A DNA stretch of 64,000 bases from assembly GCA_038496445.1 (NCBI GenBank), contig JALMLS010000343.1:124001-188000 (forward strand), given 5' to 3'. The DNA comes from Trichosphaerium sp. ATCC 40318. Lineage: Eukaryota; Protista; Tubulinea. This document shows positions 1 through 14,270 of the stretch, in pieces (the stretch's first letter is position 1; each line of letters opens with the position of its first letter). Under the pieces are notes generated by a model. The model had not been told where the DNA came from, did not search any database, and saw only the letters and a list, made by a program, of their open reading frames with translations. A program made the translations under genes and the position numbers.

Positions 1-1335
1 CTATAAAAGCTCCTTTCCAGTAAACACAATCATTACTGCCTGTGTTAGCTTTATCAAATCGTTGGTTTAAGTCTGCATATAGCGACAGGAAAACAAACTC
101 GCGATCAGCATGAACTTGAATGCTTTCAAAGGCTGCTACACCTGCGTCATACAAATCTTGATGTTTATCATGGAGCTCCGGATCATAGTACACAGCTATT
201 ATTTCTGCCTCTGTTGGTGTGATCCAAAGGTAACAAGTAAGACGATCATCGCTAATAGCTGATACAAACTTTTGATAGAACGATACGCATTGTCCAACCT
301 TCATAAAGACAAATACACCAACCACTAATTTTTCTAGAAGAAAAAAACAACGTCAGATTTCTTTTTCCTTTGAAATAGTTTGCGCCACTGTGCTTTAGCA
401 CTCCCGTCTTTTTTACGTACCTATTGGATGAACCTTAAATGTAAAATCTGTGACTACACCATAATTACCACCTCCACCACGTATGGCAAAGAACAAATCC
501 GTATTCTCACTCTGACTTGCAGTAACCAATTTACAATCAGCTGTTACTACTTCAGCTGATATAATGTTATCACAGCTAAGTCCATGAAGCCTTGATAACT
601 ACCTTGAATCAATACAATACAAAGAAAAAAAAGAACTTTACATACCCAACCAATACCTCCGCCAAGCGTCAACCCAGCAACACCAGTAGTCGATATTAAA
701 CCTCCAGGAGCAGCTATTTACAAAGAAAAATAAAGGTAAGTATTTGATGTTTCCGTACTCATCACGTGATTTTGTCTTTCGCGTTTTTTACTTACCAAGC
801 TTGTACAATGCTGCTGTGCCATCGAAATCATTCCATGTACATCCAGCTTGAACTTTTGCTGTACGTGCAACCTTGTCCACAGTGACGCCTCTCATTTTAG
901 ACAAGTCAATTACAACGCCACTGTCAACTAAACAGAGCCCTGCAACGCTGTGCCCTGAACGCCTTAATATAAAAAGTCGGTAGAATAAGAAAATTCTCAT
1001 GTACCTCCGCTGCGTACAGCTATTTTTTGTTTGTTTGCTTTTGCGAAACGCATTGACATTAAAATGTCGTTTGTACTCTGTTTTACCGTTAAAAGGTTCA
1101 TTTTTGCGTTGATTGGGCGTACTTTGCAGTATATAATAGCGCTAGGCTTCTTTTTAATGTCTCTATTCCATACCCGACAAGACTTTGCGTATTTGGCATC
1201 TCCTGGTAGTACTACCTTACCACGTAGCGCCTCACGTAATGTTTTGATTTGGTGCTCTGAGAATACAGGTAGAGCAATGTTTTCTTTGCCTGACGAGGCA
1301 ACCCATGATTTAATACCTGCCAACAATGTGGCCAT
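1..1335 (-). CDS. FAD-linked oxidoreductase (berberine-bridge/6-hydroxy-D-nicotine oxidase-like); 3' end runs off the window
   Basis: Spliced translation gives VWNRDIKKKPSAIIYC, RSGG|HS (flavinylation His motif split by an intron), IDLSKM, VQAGCTW, PGGLISTTGVAGLTLGGGIG and DLFFAIRGGGGNYGVVT. Confidence 0.9.
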
Positions 1336-1541
1336 GGTGGAATTGCGAACTTCACGTAGTGTATTTCAAAAAAAGGTAAAAAGTCAAACCCACTCCTTTC
1401 CAGCTGTTCAAGACGCGGTTGTACGTCAACAACTTTAGCTACTGGCTCTAACCGATCCTCATGACACTGTGAAACAACTTCCAATTATTTACACAACATG
1501 CAAGCCTTTAAAAAGACGATTTTTTTATAAAATTAATTAAA

Positions 1542-2823
1542 CTACAAGGAATACACTATCAAATAGGAAGGTAGGACTTGGTCACTGTTATAGACAACCA
1601 ACTCATCGTCTTGAAGTGTTTCACCAACTTGTCCAACAACAGAATGAAATCCTCTTGGAGGTTTTGTGATACCTGTCATCTCAAGATTTGTGCAATACGC
1701 TTTACCAGCAGCGACTTGACAAAGGAACATTTTTCGATAAGTTTTCCCATTGTGATTGAGCTCTGACCCTTTTGCATAGTCGTTTGATTTTGTAGGAGAA
1801 GAAGAGAAGTATAACCCTGGACCATATCTCAAATAACCACCAACAGCAGGTCTAGCACTTCCAGCCAAATTCAATTTAAAGCCATGTCTGCAAATATTAC
1901 AAACAGCACATCCTTGATCATTGCAAGGTCCTATGTTCTGTACAACGCCAGCGCTACATGTACAAGATGTGCCGTGAAATCGTCGAACAACGTTACCTAT
2001 ACTTGCAGCGATTCGGTGGAACTTATTTAGTTTATCCTTGCTGACACGTATATCATAAACTCTCGCTATCGTCACTCTACTTTTTTTACCAGTAGAAGAG
2101 CTCCACTTGTGTAAGAATTGATCTTTAACATCGTTGTATTTAGGATGAGCATTGGTCATTTCTGAGAGCGTAAATCCGTCTCCTACAATCAACATAAGAC
2201 GAGGAAATGCTCAAAACAGCTCCAAAAAAAAATTTCGAAATAATTTTGTTTTTGTCAAATTTTTACTTATCACGTGTTTTTACGCACCATCAAATGTCTG
2301 GTTGCATCCTTTTCTTGTTGGTAAGAGTTGCTTCAACCTTGCCAACGTGGCGTGTGTTCTTGAACAGTAATCATACGCCATGTTGCGCACTGAATCATAA
2401 CATGCATTGCGCTGGCATCCAGGGAGGCCACACGCTCTAGATGAGTGCATTTTAGGCATTGACGGCCATTCTCCCGCGCTCATAGCCATATCTGCGTGCT
2501 GCTTCCCGCAAAAATCATGTACGCGACCTACGATCATTAGCAACGTGTATTGAGTAAAATAACTAAATACCAGTCACTTTATCGAAGAAAACTGGTCTAT
2601 TACATCCATTAAGGTTGCACATTTGACAAGGGCCATGTGGGGGCTGTAAATTGCCGCCCAATGCTTTAGATGCGTGTGTACGACCACAAAAATCAAATAT
2701 ATGGCCATTTGACTCCCAGCATGGTTTCCTACACCCGTCGAATTTGCACAAGCGGCGTTGGGCCATTCTAACTGATTTTGACTTAAGCTTACTTTTGGAG
2801 AGCTTTAACTTAAACATACACAT
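1542..2823 (-). CDS. PARP-like (ARTD-fold) ADP-ribosyltransferase with three N-terminal C-x4-C...C-x3-H zinc-finger-like repeats
   Basis: Three exons. H-Y-E triad in RFHGT / YGPGLYFS / DDELVVY. Repeats end FCGRTHA, FCGKQHA, YCSRTHA. Start is the ATG at 2823 or 2766. Confidence 0.85.
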
Positions 2824-3015
2824 TTATTTCGGTGCGAAAAGAGCGATACTGGATCGAGTTGATATCATACTATCGTCTTGACCCCTTTGTATAGAGCGTT
2901 GTCGATTTACCAAAAATTCTTTCAAAAAAGTCCTAAAAGTCATTCATCAGTTTTCTCGCGTCCTTGGTCACCTTGAAAAAAGAAGCGTACATCTTCTCTT
3001 CTGTTGTGTTGAAGT

Positions 3016-5844
3016 TCATGTGTAACTTTTCCTTGTCGCCCATAGTGAGAAGCAACTTCTCGGCTGTGAATCTTGTAAGAAAACAAAGTTCAACTTGAGT
3101 TTGTGGTTTTTTTGGGGTGTACGTTTTGTTTTGTTTTGTTTGATTGCTGTTATTGTTTTAAGCTTAGCTGCTCTGCTAACGATAAAACTCCTTCCCACCA
3201 TTCGACCAAGTACAATACAATCATTAAATAGATAAAAATAAGCAGCACCTTTAAACCTTTTGTGAAAGCATTTTAGTAAAAAAAAATCAAAGAAACCAAC
3301 TTAGTACCCTCTGCTATACTTTCCTTCCAGAACAAATTTACGCCTTGGTTGCACCAATTGAAGCTCCTATATATCACGTGTTAAACACGTGGTGAGAACA
3401 ATTTACAAGAACGTACATCTCCCCAGAAAAAGTTCAAAAAGCTCCTGCGAAAAATGGGTTACACAGACCTTTGTTATCTCGCAATAACGTACATTTGTAT
3501 AGAGGTTATCTTCTCTTGGTTCTCTTGGTGCCTCTTTAATTCATTTATTTCATCTACTACAGCAGTTATAGCATCAGTAGACTTTCGAAGTAAAGGGATA
3601 TCAGGGTGATCAGCAGGCATTGTCTTTAGCAGCTCTGCAAGGAGCAGTGGGTACTTCATCAACCTCTGAACTGGTTTTATGAGCCAGGCATTTAATGGTA
3701 AGCCTCTTGAAAGAGGATCTGCAAGAGCCAAACGTAACAACCTACAAACAAATATTATTGACAAAACTTGTCATGTTAAACACGTGCGTGCTGAAAAAGT
3801 TATCGTTTTCCTTCAAGTGGGCTATATGTTCAACGGATTTTTCAAACCCCATGCAATATGGTTTGTAAGCGTTGAAAAAGGCAATCTGTATAGAAAATCA
3901 AAAAGTGTGAGAATGGAGATGGTGCGTATTTGATTGAATACCTTTGCCCAAAATATACTACCAAACATTCTGTCATTGACTGATTTGGACATCTCCGCTG
4001 ATAGATCATGTAATATCTCTGTGTTAAGCGATACAAGCATATCTATATTCGAAAAAATAATTACTGCATCCTTTGGTGATAGCTCTTGAAGAGGTTCTTT
4101 GAATACTGCTTGAAGAACTTTTAAATGCGTTGTATAAGACTAACGGGTAAAAGTTAACGCAAACTTCTCATTTAAAATGAAGTCTTACACGCTCTGATAC
4201 CATGATTTCTCTTTGACATAGCTCTTGTTTATCTTTCAATGTCAAGTTTTGCTTTTGAGAAGTCACTGAAGAGCAGGTTAAGAGGAAGAAAAAACATACG
4301 AGTTGAAAAGTTTTCACGTGCCAATAGTAGGACCCTCGTCCATTAATGCTGTAAGGTTGATACTGCACCTCACTGTCACTGGCTTTGGCAAAACCTAATG
4401 ACTACATTAGAAGTGTTTAAAACTTTTCAACGTACCATGCCATCTCCTTTTGTAGAAGGAATACGCAAAGACTTCCTAAGCAGGCAATTTAATATCTCGA
4501 AAACAAAAAAAGGCTAACCTGAAGCTCTCTGGGTCAGAAGTCGCTCTTAATCTATTTGATTTAGATTTCTTTGGTTTTTCTGGGTTATCAAGTACATCGT
4601 CCACAATACGTGCTGTAAATGGTTGTTCAGGAGCATCTGGGATAACAATTGTATTCGGATCCTGTGGAGGAAAAAAACATCAAAAATCAGACAAAGCAAA
4701 AACAAAGTTATTTCTCGTACTATTCTAACTGTTGCATATTTATCTTTGTCATTCTTAGAAACAATAACATGAAGACCTCGCTCACTATCGCCACCAGTCG
4801 TTAAAATTGTTGGATCACCAAATACAGGTTCTGCATATGCAGTAGGTGCACGTTTCGTGCGTTTCTTAATGATTTGTTTCTTATTGGAATTTGCTACATT
4901 TCTTGTAGTTGGTGTCTCTTGAACTACCACAGCTGGTGTCTTGATAGCATCAATATTTTGTTCTTTGGTTACTTGAGCATCAGTTTTGCTTGTTGCTGGT
5001 TTTTTCGTTGTATTTGTATTATTGTTTGACGTATCTAGCGTATTATTAACATGTGACATGGCTTCCGTTACAGGAATGGAAGAGTTCGGATTATCATCGA
5101 CTCTGCAAGTTTCTTTAGCTCTTTTCTTTACTACTGTAACGATCTCCTTGCTTGCCGTGTAAACCTTATCCTCCGTATCCACTGGGCCCCGTTGTTCGTA
5201 GACAGATGCTATAGGTGCATCCATACCTGCAATGGCCTCATGAGTACTATTGTTTGGCTTTTTATCTTCCGATTTTAGAAGAAGCTCTGTTGGCTTTATA
5301 GACCCATTTCGCATATATTGAGGCCTACTGTTTGATGACTTATCGCGTGCTTGAGACAAGCTTTGGCTTCTAGGCCTTGAAGTATGCGCCGTCGGCTGTC
5401 TTACAGCCTTCCATGATGTCGGTGGCGCTTCGAATAGTTGTATAAGAGCTAATGCCCTTCGTGACCCAACAGGGCTCTTTCTCGTCGGCGGTTTTGGCAG
5501 TTGGCGCCCTTCATTGATTGACCGTTTACCACCAGAAGCATTCGATTTACCACCACGTGTTGCCGAGCCAGTGTTTGTTGCTTTCTTTTTAGGTGCTGTA
5601 TTATTAGCTCGACGCTTATTAGAGGTCCTAGCGTATATTGGGGATGACACGAAAGATTTTTTTGGTGCATAAGCACTGGAATACCTCACATTTTTAATAT
5701 CTTCTGTATTGCGTCCAATCGTCTTGTCAAATCGCTTTGATTCTTTGTTATCTATGTAAATAAAAAAATTATCACGTGATAGTTTATACAAGTATAATTA
5801 AAAGTACCAGTACTAACGATAGCGTTTTTAATACTACCGGCCAT
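3016..5844 (-). CDS. RhoGEF (DH-PH) with long low-complexity N-terminus
   Basis: DH motifs REIMVSE..SYTTHL, VIIFSNIDML and LIKPVQRLMKYPLLLAEL. PH start RKFVLEG...FYLFNDCIV. ATG at 5844 (MAGSIKNAIVST|DNKE). Confidence 0.88.
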
Positions 5845-6096
5845 CAAAAAAGGCTGTTTTAGGTTTTGGTACTATTTTTTTGATTTTTTGGATCTTCAGT
5901 CTCGATTAGGCTTTGATGACTACTTTTTTTTACAAGAACACGTTTCGTTCTAGCATACTAGCGTGTAGTACACTTTTTTGGGTACACGGTAGTTAAGTTT
6001 GCGTTGAATAGTCGTGACGTGATCGATTTTCTTTGCAGCCTGCATTTTATCACTTCTCAACGGCTAGATAATTGATTAAACATATTAAGACGAACA

Positions 6097-8582
6097 ATGG
6101 ATAGTAAAGAGCGCGATGGTAGAATGCTCCTAACCGAAAAGGACTGCATTATGAATTTAGACGTGATGGATCGCATCGCTACGTTTCTGGCGCAAGGTTG
6201 CGTTATTAAGCGTAGTTTTAAGTGTTAACGTATAGTAGGAACACCAACAGAAGCAATCAGTCTACTAGCAGATAACTACGTTGGCTATGCCGCTATGGCA
6301 AACTTGGTAGGTTAATTAATCCGCGAGGAAAAGCTTTTAAATACAACTCATAGGTGTGCGATTGGCTACGCATATTGAACGTATCAGACACTGAAATAAA
6401 GGATTTGGTTAAAAACGAAATCGGTAATCTCGTAGTGCGCACTTTTGACGCTCGTAAAGCAGATTCTATATTCTCTTCAGGGGTGCGTCATTGATTTTAA
6501 CGCTTATTTGATTATTTGGCGTGTCAATTAACGTTTTTTTTTTCTCCCCTTTAGGCAGAACCAGAATGGCTTAATCAACTCATAGCATCAAAAGAAGGTC
6601 GTAGCCTTATATATCGTCTATCAGAAGACAAAATAGACTCATTGCTGATCAATTTTGCAATTCAAGTACGTAAAAAGGCGTACATACGCCATTAAAGCAC
6701 AGCGAGGACAGGCATTTTCATAATTTAAACAACTAACACGTACAACAGAAAATATCAGCTGCAGGCTACCAACACGAAATCTCGTCTCTTGCTTCAGCAT
6801 CAACTTACTTTACTGTATTCAACTCAGTATTGAAAGAAGCTGTATCTAAACTACTAAGCACAGAAGAAGCTTCTCTTGACGAAGCCCTCACAGATCTGAA
6901 GGTAAAAGCCTCTCAAAAAGTTGTTGAACATTTTGAGCTTATGACGCCTTTAGAAACTATGTTGTCACAGCCAACATACTTACTTGTATACACAACTGAT
7001 ACTAGATCAGTTATCTAGAGAAAATAACGGCAAACACTTACGTCGTTTGACACAAGAGCTAGAAAAAGAAGTTCTAAAAACGTATGTGGGAACAAAAAAA
7101 ATTGACAAAAACCTGTCAAACCTGGTTATCTATGAACGTCTAGTTTTATTTTAATATTGTGTAGAGGGTCACCTATAGCATGGAAGATACGATATTATAT
7201 GACTAGTTTATATGAGTACGTCTAAGCTTGTATACGGGATAACAATTAAATTTCTTCGAATTTAGCACTCATCCTGATTTGGCGAATGCTTTGTTTGTCA
7301 TGATATCCAAAAATACAACAAATCCAGCTGATATAAATAAAGTACACCAAGCGCTAAGCTCTAGTAACGCACCTTCTATTGATGATATTCGTATACCTGC
7401 ATTACTTGGTGCGCTTTTTCTTCTTTTTCCCCTGCCTCAATCGCAGTCATATTAATAATGTTGTACCTTCTTACACCTCCCTAGAGCTTGTTACTCGAGA
7501 TTTGTTTGATCCTAAAGTTAGTATACCTCCACTAATGGTAGAAAAATACTTCTATATTGTGGCCAGACTATCCCATCCAAGTGTACTGCTACAACTTTGA
7601 TCAAACTACATTTTTCTCATTTTTCTCTTGCTTTTGTATTTTTTGAAGTAATTTAACCTTGTTATTTAGAATGTGGATACAATGATGCTTCAAGAAACAA
7701 TCAAAACACTCAAACAAGTCCAACCAATATGCAAGAAAAATTTTCTTGGCGCAGATTTGCTTCAACAATTACCTCTTTTAAGACTAAAACTCAAAGAACC
7801 TGTTGTCTCCATGGGTATCATGCATTGGGTTAAAACTCAAATGTGTGATACAGCTGAATTCGCTACAAAATGGAACACGAAATCAGTACCGATCTACATT
7901 GATCTTCTCCGTGTTGTGCGCACTACCTTTTTTTTTCTTTTTCTCAATTTTTTTTCAAATCACCATCGATTCCTTGTGCTGACTCTCCTTTAAGATGATT
8001 GAAAACCACCCTTTGCAACACTTGAATATTTTACAAGTACTTACATCATGCTTCGAACTTGATACAGGCCTTGATGCCCTTCACGAGGTACAATAATTTC
8101 ATAGGTTTTCGTTCAAATATGATGGGTTTTTTTGCATTTGCTAAGTTGAGTTGTAGTTGGAAGTGAAGAAAGGTATCTTATCTTGTTTTATCTTCTTGAT
8201 GGAACATGGTCTTGTACTCCAAGTATTAGATATCGCAGCATCATGGAGAGTGGATCTATCACTTATACGGTTATTTGTACTAGAAGTACGCAAAGCAGAG
8301 CAAATTCACGTGTTCTTATTTTTTTCCTCTATTTTTTCTTTGTGAACAACTCACTAATGTACACTATAGTTGATGGACCTTATTGGTACACCATTCTCTG
8401 TTGAGTTCTTATGTAAGTTCATGCGTGTCATAAAACGACTTGGACCAGATACATTTGCCCAGATGCGAGAGAAATCGATATTGAAGACTTTTGTTAAAGC
8501 TGCCACAACTCAGAAACATTTATTAAATAATGAGGATCAACAAACCCTAGATAAGCTTAGATCATGTGTTGATAATTCTTGA
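6097..8582 (+). CDS. NELFCD: Negative elongation factor C/D (TH1-like)
   Basis: Spliced: DCIMNLDV..G.PTEAISLLADNYVGYAAMANLVCDWL, FDARKADSIF, LLINFAIQKISAAGY, CCHSQHTYL, PVVSMGIMHWV, LFVLEV..PFSVEF. Recognised as TH1 family. Confidence 0.85.
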
Positions 8583-8949
8583 GAATTGATATGATGATGA
8601 CGCTGTAAATAAAATATGTAACATAGATTCATGCAACAAGAAAAACCATGTCTTGTAAACCTAATCATACGCTTGATTTTTAAGTTGTTTATTGTTAAGA
8701 CTAGTACTCTTCATTCGTACTTCCGGTAATAATAACTACACTGTCGGGTTGTAATCCTATATAACGTGATCTTCCGGTGTATCTGTTAGTTGGTTCAGTA
8801 CTAATCAAGTACCACATATTTCATCAGTGGCGCTTTTTACTGCATCAAGATGCAACCAAGATAAAACAAGTAAAATCAATATATTGCTGTTGATAGTTTT
8901 ATAAATACAAAGAGTCTCAAAAGGGGGTAGGTGTAATATATAAAGGTTT

Positions 8950-10680
8950 TCAAGACTCCTTTGGTGTAGTTTCTTTATCTTTGTCACCATCACCAAGTTC
9001 TGATTTTTCTTCTTTATCGTTGTCATTGCCTTTTAAGTCTTTTTCTTTTTGTTGCTGATTTATACCGTTTTCTTCTTTATTATTTTCTTTTTTCTGTTGT
9101 ACTGTTTCCAAGTGCTTATTCCACTCAGCTAGCTCCTCTTCAGTGTTATTTACCATTATTGGTATATGTTCTATAGACTGTAATAACTTTTTATCTGTCA
9201 ATGCAAGTTGAGAAATCTTGTGCCACTGATTTGATGATTTAGTACTATCCCAAGGACCTAAAAACAACAAAAGATAAGTACATCAATCAACGTCTCAGTC
9301 CAATGAAAAATAACGAAAACAGCACTATACTATGCAATGACATTGAGTAGAGCATGTATCATCGAGGCAACAGTCAGACAACAGTGCTACACTCGGCTGA
9401 CTGAAATATGGTTGTTCAACGAATTGAAGAAAATGTTAGGCGCGAGATTGTCGTACAAGTTGATCTCATCCAATTAAGGTAAGGGTTTATATCGCCAGTA
9501 ACAGGATTTCTTCTTGAGTAATGTAAAATTTGTCCATGATGTATCTAAGTACAATCTGAGATACGGGGTTGAAAATATAAATGATTTGTTGAAACAATCA
9601 CGTGATAATTTTATGAAGAAAATTATACCTTTTGTTGTGGATCAGCTACAATCTCTTTAAATTGCCATGATGAGATACTAAGAATATCGCCTTTAAAACA
9701 ACTAACAGAACTATGATATGGGTACCTTTCTAGTAAGATTCTAAAAGCGAGCATAACATTACCATGACACACAACAACTACCTTCAATAGCAGATTGTCA
9801 GTGAGAAAGTCATAAATATTTGTTTGTTAAACAAAATACGCTACGCGCTACCTACCCGGAAGCCGGAACATGTTTCTCTAAGAGAACGTAATACTTGCTC
9901 AACGCGCAAGCAACTATTAGCAATAGATTCTCCACCACCTATTTAAGAAAGTAAGGAAACTGTCAAATACAAAAAAAAAAATCAGACAAAGTAAATGATG
10001 TTTATTGTGGTACCTGGGGCACTCCAGTAAAAAGCATCCAACTCTCTACGCTTTCTTTCGGCAGCATATAATATACGCTTCTCAGCAGAGTTACCTTCCA
10101 TGACACCCTTGTCGCGCTCACGGAGCAAGAAATCTTACAAAAAATTAATGCAAAAAAATCGGATTGTAACACAAAAATTCTAATGGGAACGATGAACGCA
10201 CCTGTAATCCATAGCGCGTTGTCCATATCTAGAATTGCTGCTGTTTCTCTTGCTCTTGCGTATTCCGAACAATAAAAACGATCAAACTGGTGTGTAATAT
10301 TGGCTTTGATCTAAGGTACGTAAGAGTGAGCGCCTGTCAAAAAAAAAAAGCGCTTCGTATTCTGTAAATCTACAAAAAAGCAAAATACCCATTGACCAGC
10401 GATTTGAGATTGGCGTCTTCCCAGCTCTGTTAATCTGTACTCTGAGTTGTGCTTTTCACGAAATCTTGGCGTCCAGTCCTTTTGAACGCCGTGTTTCGCT
10501 CTCTTCCGCGCTAAATCGGCCTCTGATTGGCCATGGCGTACCAACACTACGGTAATACCATTTAGTACACTTCAGTCCTTTAATAAAGCTCCTGAACATA
10601 CCTAAATCAATAGGCATAGCTCTAGTGGTACTGGAGTTGCATAATAGCCGGTAATCTATCTCTTCCTCCTTAATATCCAT
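8950..10680 (-). CDS. Histidine phosphatase / phosphoglycerate mutase family protein
   Basis: VLVRHGQSEA, RLTELGRRQ, FYCSEYARARETA, GGESIA, VVVCHG. Acidic C-terminal tail ends at the TGA at 8950. Confidence 0.85.
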
Positions 10681-11166
10681 TATATACTTCTTTACACACG
10701 AGTAGATGTATTAAGGTGTGCTAGAGTCCGGATAGCGCTGTTGACTCAGTTTGAAAAGGGATTTAAGGTGTACTGTGAAATCAATAATCAATACTCTCAA
10801 TTCACGCACACCTTACTCATCCCTGCCTATCTGGAAGAGCTTGGTTGCGTAATATAAGTTTAATAAAATGAGACTCTCTGCACACCAGCTCTAGCTGCTC
10901 TCACAGTTGCTTTGAAAGACCATTGACAACTACACCAATATTCTGTAACACGTGATGCGACTAAACATAGAAAAACGTAGATGGCAGTGCCAACTTGAAG
11001 CAACGTATTAGTACGTGAAACAAATCGTAGGGTATGGCCCTCACAGGACGTAGCAAAGTTAATCAAGTCGGCAACGATTTATGATAAAGGATTTCTCAGT
11101 GAAACTTCTTGCACATCACTTAACTCTTTTAAGGTTATTACGTTCATTAAACAAATGCTCGTCACA

Positions 11167-12738
11167 ATGGCACAACAACATAAAAAACCATATGCTGCTC
11201 CTGGGTCTTACGATGCTATGTGTAAGTATTTCACAGCTGGCTCGTGTAAATATGGCTCTTCTTGCCGGTTCAAACACCCTACGACCTCAATATGCAAATA
11301 TTTTGCATCTGGTTCATGCAAATATGGAGATAGCTGTCGATTCAAGCATTCTGGAACCTCAAAACCGAAAAAAACAACAAAATTTATCGTAAAACAGACG
11401 CAACAACCTCAAAAAGTTAAAGCGGGCAATATTACAAAAAAATTACGACCGGGAAGGAAGAATCAGTTCGCTAACGCAAAAGGTATTGCAATCATCTCTT
11501 TTTGAAATCCATGAGGCAAACAAAGGAAACAGACGAACGTAGAAGAGGTTTTAAGGCCCAGAAGCTCATTACCCTTTGGAAAACCCTTGTTATTTCTTCT
11601 AACGTTCTGATACAACTTATCTTTCATCAAAATTACAACATCTAACGAATCAAGTGATTTCAGCAAAAGCAACGATTATTCCACCTGCACAACCAAAAAA
11701 ACGCAAGCTAAACGGTGATTCAAACACCAAGAACAAAAAACAAAAAGTCGGACCTACAAAATCGCGTAAATCGATATTTGAACGACTTCAAACCAACACA
11801 ACAACTACACCCACTCCCAAACCCTTCCCCAAAAAACCAACAAAACAAAAAACAACTACTCGTCCTAAAAAACCAGTACTCAAAGCAAAATTGGCTCGAC
11901 AACCGACACGGAGTTCGTCTAATAAACCAAAACGACGCGTGGACGTTTCGCAGTTAAGAGTCCAAATCAATCGAACAAACAAAACGGTACATATTTTACT
12001 ACCTCGTAGTCTTTTCTTGTTTCTTATTCTCTCTTTAGAAGGATGTGGTAAAACAAGAGCGCACTATTGTCGGTTCTACCGCACGCGCCCCTCCAAAGTC
12101 GCTTGTACAAAAGAAAAAGCAGCGAGCAACAGTACACCCAAAGGTTACTAAAACACAACAAAGACCTTCGAAACCAAAGGTAAACATTTTTTAATTCGTC
12201 AGTTACTATTTTTTTTTTGCGACTGCACTGTATCTTGTGGTTAAATGAAGGTGTTACGCACCGCAACAAGAAACCTGAGGCGTGTAAAATACCTCCTACC
12301 TCTATGGGAGGTTTGAGCCGCGTTAGACCATTGTTTTACGTTAAAATCGTTTAATATACTTTTTTCGTACAAACCACTAACTTTACTCTCTAGCGAAGGC
12401 TAAAGGTTGATACTGTTCTCAAGACAATACCTCGTCCTGCGTGGGCTAAACCAAAGATAAACCTATCGCGCGAAAGGCGACTACAAAAAGTTCAGGCTCT
12501 ACGACAAACAGAATCAATCAAAATAGAAGTCAAGAAAGAACCTATCGAAACAAGGCCTGTGCAGGTGGAAAATCCAACGCTAAAGACGCCCAAAGAGGAG
12601 CCAAAGACGGAGGAAGCAGTTCAGACGCCTATAGACATTCATAAACCTACAACAAGTGTTGGAGAATACACAGATATTTTAGATCTGGGAGAAGACAATC
12701 TTGACGGCGATGATGATGACTTCGATTTTGGGGAGTAG
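11167..12738 (+). CDS. Tandem CCCH zinc-finger protein with Lys/Pro-rich region and acidic tail (probable nuclear RNA-binding protein)
   Basis: Two C-x7-C-x5-C-x3-H fingers (CKYFTAGSCKYGSSCRFKH, CKYFASGSCKYGDSCRFKH), SIFERL motif, ends DGDDDDFDFGE*. Confidence 0.8.
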
Positions 12739-12844
12739 CTCCTTGCTTTGAGGCAGTGTATAATAAAAAATGTAGAATAGAACTCATGAGTATTATTTTT
12801 TTTGACTTTTTTTCTTCGGCCGAAATTGTATTGTACTAAGTGAT

Positions 12845-14120
<1,276 letters not shown>

Positions 14121-14270
14121 GAATACCCAAACGTTACATTTTCGCGTTGGTAAATGATTTAAATAAATAAAACTCAATTTGTGACGAGTGACATCCGGAG
14201 TTTGTGTATGTTTTTCTGAGTCACAGAATTCTGACCAATTCTTGTGCACGGAGTGAGTATCATCGACTAC

